Shown: positions 59,624-64,000 of the stretch, piece by piece
Numbering within the stretch: the stretch's first letter is position 1
Layout of the letters: the number at the start of each line of letters is the position of its first letter
Assembly (NCBI GenBank): GCA_964373795.1
Contig: CAYJVY010000007.1
Span: forward strand, 21,385-85,384
Length of the DNA stretch: 64,000 nucleotides
DNA from: an uncultured archaeon
Lineage (GTDB): Archaea; Iainarchaeota; Iainarchaeia; Iainarchaeales; DATDZZ01
Direction of reading: 5' to 3'
The notes under the pieces: model-generated
Databases searched by the model: none
The model's input: the letters and a program-made list of their open reading frames with translations, nothing else
Told to the model about the DNA's origin: nothing
Made by a program: the position numbers and the translations under genes

Positions 59624-60762
59624 GTATAAATTATATTATATTTGGGGATAATGTGCATTTTTGTATTTTGGCGGAATATTCAGCAGCTAAATATTTAGAG
59701 GGAACTAATAGAATAGTTTTTGAAGTTTCAAAAACATTAGTAGAAAAAGGACACAAAGTAACTGTATTGTCACCTGCATGGAATAAAAAGTCAAACCCTT
59801 TGGATATTGATCCGTGGAAGAAAGAAGGAATTATTGTTAAGCCTTTTGAAGGTTTTTTCTTACACAATCCTTTTTTTCGGATTTTTTTTTATATTTTAGC
59901 TGGATTAAAGTCAAGTCCTACTAATTTTGATGTTTTTTTTGGAGTTTATACAGCGCCGCCTGCAATTGCCGCAATTGTTTTAGGAAGTTTATTTAGAAAG
60001 AAAAAATTTGTTGGTTTGTGGGAACCAAATACTATTGAAAAACTTAAAAACAATCCTTTTTTTAGGTTTTTTATTAAAAAAGCAGACAGAATTCAGACGT
60101 TAAGTGATTATGTAAAAAATTTAATTTCTAAATCTTTTTCATATCCAAGCAAAAAGATTTATTCAATTAAAGGATTTGTTGATACTGAAAAATTTTATCC
60201 AGAGGCAATGGATAGAAATTTAGTTAAAAAATTTGATTTGAAAAACAAATTTGTTATCTTAAGTGTTGGGAGAGTCTCAAAATTAAAAGGGAGCGATACT
60301 TTGATTAAAGCAGTAGCCAAAATAAACGATCATTCCATTAAATTATTTTTTGTAGGAAGACCAACTCCAGATTTTGATTCAAAGAAATTAGTTAAAGAGT
60401 TAGGCATTGAAAAAAATGTCGTTTTTATTGGTTTTAAAAAACATGATTTTTTGCCTCCTTATTATAATTTATGTAATTTGTTTTCTTTACCATCTTTAAG
60501 TGAAGGGTTTGGATTAGTTGTTGCAGAAGCGCTAGCTTGTGCTAAACCTGTAATTGTCAGTGACCATGGACCTTTGCCAGAGGTTGTATCAAATGCAGGA
60601 TTTGTTGTGCCAGTTAATGATGTTGATAAATTAGCTCAGGCAATACTTAAAATTAAAAATAATTCAAATATTTTGAATTTGCAAAAAAAAGCATTAATAA
60701 GGTCAAAAGCTTTTACTCTAGAAAATGCAATGAATAGATATTTAAACTTTTTAACAAAATAA
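59620..60762 (+). CDS. glycosyltransferase family 4
   Basis: PSLSEGFGLVVAEALACAKPVIVSD, the GT4 signature. The start codon is uncertain; the ORF track uses a TTG that overlaps the upstream stop. Confidence 0.7.
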   Translation: MSINYIIFGDNVHFCILAEYSAAKYLEGTNRIVFEVSKTLVEKGHKVTVLSPAWNKKSNPLDIDPWKKEGIIVKPFEGFFLHNPFFRIFFYILAGLKSSPTNFDVFFGVYTAPPAIAAIVLGSLFRKKKFVGLWEPNTIEKLKNNPFFRFFIKKADRIQTLSDYVKNLISKSFSYPSKKIYSIKGFVDTEKFYPEAMDRNLVKKFDLKNKFVILSVGRVSKLKGSDTLIKAVAKINDHSIKLFFVGRPTPDFDSKKLVKELGIEKNVVFIGFKKHDFLPPYYNLCNLFSLPSLSEGFGLVVAEALACAKPVIVSDHGPLPEVVSNAGFVVPVNDVDKLAQAILKIKNNSNILNLQKKALIRSKAFTLENAMNRYLNFLTK

Positions 60763-60813
60763 TTTCTAATAACTCAAATTAATTTATATTAATATTTAAT
60801 TTTGGTGATAAAA

Positions 60814-61872
60814 ATGAGTGAAAAAAAAGCTTTACTTACTGGTGGTGCAGGATTTATTGGAACAAATGCTGCCAATTATTTTTTGAAAAAGGGGTGGGAA
60901 ATAACTATATTAGATAACTTTTCTAGAAGGGGCACAAGAGAAAATGCTAATTGGTTAAAAAATCTTTTTCCAGAAAAACTTAAAATAGTTGAAGCAGATA
61001 TTGTTACAAATTTTAATGTGTTAAAAAGTAAAGTTAAAGAAAGTGATTTAATTATTCATTTAGCTGGACAGGTTGCTGTAACTACTTCTATTTTAAATCC
61101 GAGAGACGATTTTAAAGTGAATGCCTTAGGAACATTTAATGTTTTAGAAGCTTTAAGAAAAACAGATTCAGATGCTACATTAGTCTATCCCTCGACCAAT
61201 AAAGTTTATGGAAAAATGCAACAACTTGAAGTTCAAGAAAAAGAAACGCGCTATATATATAAAGATTATTCTAGTGGAATTCCCGAATCAATGCAGTTAG
61301 ATTTTTTTTCCCCTTATGGATGTTCTAAAGGAACTGGGGATCAATATGTGCGAGATTATGAAAGAATTTATGGTTTAAATACCGTTGTATTTAGACAAAG
61401 CTGTATTTATGGTGAAAGGCAATTTGGAATTGAAGACCAGGGATGGATTGCATGGTTTGTTATTTCCTCAATATTAGGCAAGCAAATTCATATTTATGGA
61501 AATGGAAAACAAGTTAGAGATGTATTATATGTAAATGATTTAATTGAAGCATATGAATTGGCACATCAAAAAATTAGTTTTTGTAGAGGACAGATTTTCA
61601 ATATTGGAGGAGGAACAGACAGATCAATGAGTTTATTAGAGTTACTTAGTTTTTTGGAAGAACTTGTTGGGAGAAAAATGAATTATATTTTTGAAGATCA
61701 ACGACCCGGAGATCAATTAATTTATATTAGTGATATTTCTAAAGTTCACGATAAGCTTGGTTGGACTCCTAAAACAAGTGTAAATGAAGGTGTGAAAAAA
61801 TTAGTTGATTGGGTTTTTGAAAACCAAAAGTTAGTGAAAACTGTTTTAGCAGATTTATTGAAAAAAGTTTAA
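60814..61872 (+). CDS. NAD-dependent epimerase, CDP-paratose 2-epimerase-like
   Basis: [17 protein letters not shown]…ILDNFSRRGTRENANWL, YGCSKGTGDQY. Confidence 0.65.
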   Translation: MSEKKALLTGGAGFIGTNAANYFLKKGWEITILDNFSRRGTRENANWLKNLFPEKLKIVEADIVTNFNVLKSKVKESDLIIHLAGQVAVTTSILNPRDDFKVNALGTFNVLEALRKTDSDATLVYPSTNKVYGKMQQLEVQEKETRYIYKDYSSGIPESMQLDFFSPYGCSKGTGDQYVRDYERIYGLNTVVFRQSCIYGERQFGIEDQGWIAWFVISSILGKQIHIYGNGKQVRDVLYVNDLIEAYELAHQKISFCRGQIFNIGGGTDRSMSLLELLSFLEELVGRKMNYIFEDQRPGDQLIYISDISKVHDKLGWTPKTSVNEGVKKLVDWVFENQKLVKTVLADLLKKV

Positions 61873-61938
61873 AGTAATGATCATTTTTTATGAGGGCATT
61901 ACTCAATTTTAAAAACTTTACTAGAATCTATTAAGTAC

Positions 61939-62325
61939 GTGGGCAGAACTTTTCTTATTACGGGTGGTGCAGGATTTATTGGTTCGAATTATGTTGAATT
62001 TCATTTAAATAAATATCCTGAAGATGAGGTAATTGTTTTGGATAAATTAACTTATGCTGGTAGAAAAGAAAATTTAAAAGAATTTGAGTCAAACTCAAAT
62101 TTTGAATTTGTTAAAGGAGACATTTGTAATAAAAAATTGGTTGAAAAACTGGTTAAAGATGTTGATGTTGTAATTAATTTTGCTGCTGAAACTATGACAA
62201 TATGCAACAAGAATCATACTTCAAAACACAACTATGCAACCAACTACTCTAACTACAAACCAGTTAAGCCAACATGCTCAACAAAACCACAAGTTATGCA
62301 ACAGAGCATCACTCCTCGCCGATGA
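61939..62325 (+). pseudogene. 5' fragment of dTDP-glucose 4,6-dehydratase (rmlB) duplicate
   Basis: Codons 11-85 (61969-62193) are nucleotide-identical to the intact rmlB at 63373-63597. After that the reading frame runs into unrelated C/A-rich sequence. Confidence 0.55.
61969..62193 (+). repeat. 225-bp perfect direct repeat, copy 1
   Basis: Identical to 63373..63597, an offset of 1404 bp. Compared by eye. Confidence 0.7.
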
Positions 62326-62452
62326 ATTAATTTTTTAATCCTTTCTATGCAAACTTTGTGATTAGGTTATGGTGGAGAAGAAAAGAATAATGAAAAAATG
62401 GCGAATCTTTCTTGAAACCATTTTTAAATGTAGAAAAAACAGAGTTGTTTAA

Positions 62453-63127
62453 ATGAAAACCAATCAAACATTTGAAAGCAAAGATCTTAAGGAGCAAAAA
62501 GAATATGCAGAACATTATGAGGAATTTTCAGAACTGGAACTATTTAATATAAAAATTCTTAAAAAAATAGCCAAACACCTAAAAGAGCCCATACTTGATG
62601 TTGGTTGTTTTACTGGGAGGAAAGCAGCGTTTTTTTATGAAAATGGGTATAAGGATATTTCTGGATGTGATATTTCAAATAACTCCATCAAACAAGCAAA
62701 AAAATCATACCCCTTCATAAACTTCTTCCAACATGATATGGTAAAAAGTTCAACAAGTGAAAAATACAATTCAGTAATCTGCTTTCAAACAATTGAGCAC
62801 ATTTTTAACTATCATAGATTCTTAAAAAATATTGTTGGTTCATTGAACAATGGAGGAGTGGCGGTTATTGAAACGCCCAATGCGTGCAGCATAATTACTA
62901 GAGCAAGGCTACTACTTGGTGATGCTAGGAATTTTACAGGAAACATTGATGAGTCACATATAAGGTTTTTCAGTAAGACCTGTCTAGAGAAAGCAATGGA
63001 AAAACAAGGGATGACTATTGTTCAGTCGTTTGGCTACAATATTAGGCCAATTGTCAAACCAATTGAGTTTATTTCTTCAACTAGTTGGAAAGAAGTGCTT
63101 GTTGTAATTGCAAAAAAACAACTCTAA
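62453..63127 (+). CDS. class I SAM-dependent methyltransferase
   Basis: ILDVGCFTGRKAAFF (motif I), GCDIS (post-I), and VICFQTIEHI (motif II/III). Its codon usage is more C-rich than that of neighbouring genes. Confidence 0.7.
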   Translation: MKTNQTFESKDLKEQKEYAEHYEEFSELELFNIKILKKIAKHLKEPILDVGCFTGRKAAFFYENGYKDISGCDISNNSIKQAKKSYPFINFFQHDMVKSSTSEKYNSVICFQTIEHIFNYHRFLKNIVGSLNNGGVAVIETPNACSIITRARLLLGDARNFTGNIDESHIRFFSKTCLEKAMEKQGMTIVQSFGYNIRPIVKPIEFISSTSWKEVLVVIAKKQL

Positions 63128-63280
63128 AAAACTCACAAATTTTTTTTATGCTGATTTAGGCGTCCCAGTCTAGAAAAATTGTGAAACTCCTGTTGTAATT
63201 AAAATCTAGATTTATATTACCAAATAAAACTTTAAAGAGGTTATTAGTACAAAAACTCAAATTATTTCCCCCAACTTATG

Positions 63281-63387
63281 TTGCAAATTTGTATTACTAG
63301 GATATAAAAACTTTAACTCACTAGTTAAATAATAATATGAATACATTAAAAACTGTTTTAGTTACAGGGGGAGCAGGATTTATTGGT
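63281..63387 (+). repeat. promoter + 5'-CDS cassette; inverted copy of 50953..51057
   Basis: See the paired repeat feature at 50953..51057. Confidence 0.6.
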
Positions 63388-64000
63388 TCGAATTATGTTG
63401 AATTTCATTTAAATAAATATCCTGAAGATGAGGTAATTGTTTTGGATAAATTAACTTATGCTGGTAGAAAAGAAAATTTAAAAGAATTTGAGTCAAACTC
63501 AAATTTTGAATTTGTTAAAGGAGACATTTGTAATAAAAAATTGGTTGAAAAACTGGTTAAAGATGTTGATGTTGTAATTAATTTTGCTGCTGAAACTCAT
63601 GTTGATAGATCAATTCAAGGACAAGCAGAGTTTCTTGAAACAAATATTATTGGAACTTACAATTTATTGGAAGCCTCACGAAATTCAAGTGTTAAAAAAT
63701 TTTTGCAGATTTCAACTGACGAAGTTTATGGTTCGGTGGAAAAAGGTTCTAGCTTAGAAACGGATGAATTAAAGCCTCGAAATCCTTATTCTGCTTCAAA
63801 AGCAGCAGCTGATAGGTTTGCTTATTCTTATTTTGCAACTTATGGATTGCCTGTTTTAATTACTCGTGCTTCAAATAATTATGGTCCAAAACAATTTCCG
63901 GAAAAGGTTTTACCTTTGTTTATTACAAATTTGTTAAAAGGAAAAAAAGTTCCATTGTATGGTGATGGAAAAAATGTTCGAGACTGGCTTTACGTGGAAG
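63337..64000 (+). CDS. rmlB: dTDP-glucose 4,6-dehydratase (partial, runs off the window end)
   Basis: [23 protein letters not shown]…DKLTYAGRKENL…ETHVDRSI…YSASKAAADRF…GDGKNVRDWLYVE. Confidence 0.8.
   Translation, partial: MNTLKTVLVTGGAGFIGSNYVEFHLNKYPEDEVIVLDKLTYAGRKENLKEFESNSNFEFVKGDICNKKLVEKLVKDVDVVINFAAETHVDRSIQGQAEFLETNIIGTYNLLEASRNSSVKKFLQISTDEVYGSVEKGSSLETDELKPRNPYSASKAAADRFAYSYFATYGLPVLITRASNNYGPKQFPEKVLPLFITNLLKGKKVPLYGDGKNVRDWLYVE
63373..63597 (+). repeat. 225-bp perfect direct repeat, copy 2 (inside intact rmlB)
   Basis: Identical to 61969..62193. Confidence 0.7.

Noticed and set aside
1-64000. CRISPR arrays, rRNA genes, transposases/integrases, toxin-antitoxin or known defence systems
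   Set aside because: I found no regularly spaced direct repeats, rRNA-like conserved stretches, DDE/tyrosine recombinase motifs or defence-system signature proteins when reading the sequence and the ORF translations.

Overview
This is an AT-rich (about 30% GC), gene-dense window that most likely comes from a small-genome DPANN-type archaeon. The evidence for that placement is: a tRNA-Gln with an A1-U72 acceptor pair and no encoded CCA; a TrmB-family regulator; a digeranylgeranyl reductase-like lipid reductase; a FlaI-like ATPase; and a giant FN3-rich surface protein with a C-terminal transmembrane anchor.

The first ~29 kb holds a type IV pilus-like assembly locus (ATPase, two T2SS-F platform proteins and an unknown polytopic membrane protein). 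It also holds prs, a P-type cation ATPase, carA-TauE-carB, HAD hydrolases, an orphan PEP-utilising-enzyme phosphohistidine domain, uppS, tRNA-Gln, MazG, the lipid reductase, a ~1100-aa surface protein dense in N-glycosylation sequons, and a LemA-HtpX pair.

From ~29.8 kb to the window end there is a >34-kb nucleotide-sugar and glycan biosynthesis island. It contains GDP-mannose, UDP-glucuronate/UDP-xylose and dTDP-rhamnose-type enzymes. It has two TylCIII-like sugar C-methyltransferases plus an internally deleted third copy, a B12-binding radical SAM enzyme and a radical SAM/SPASM enzyme. It has at least 7 glycosyltransferases and a GT-C-like membrane protein. It has a regulator-like fusion of a ribbon-helix-helix (RHH) domain to a degenerate sugar nucleotidyltransferase (NTase).

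The island shows strong signs of ongoing recombination and decay: a 225-bp perfect direct repeat that duplicates the 5' part of rmlB around an inserted methyltransferase cassette of different base composition; an inverted ~105-bp promoter-plus-5'-CDS cassette shared by two different SDR genes; and four or five pseudogene remnants (an in-frame stop, homopolymer frameshifts, an internal deletion).

I found no rRNA, CRISPR array or transposase.
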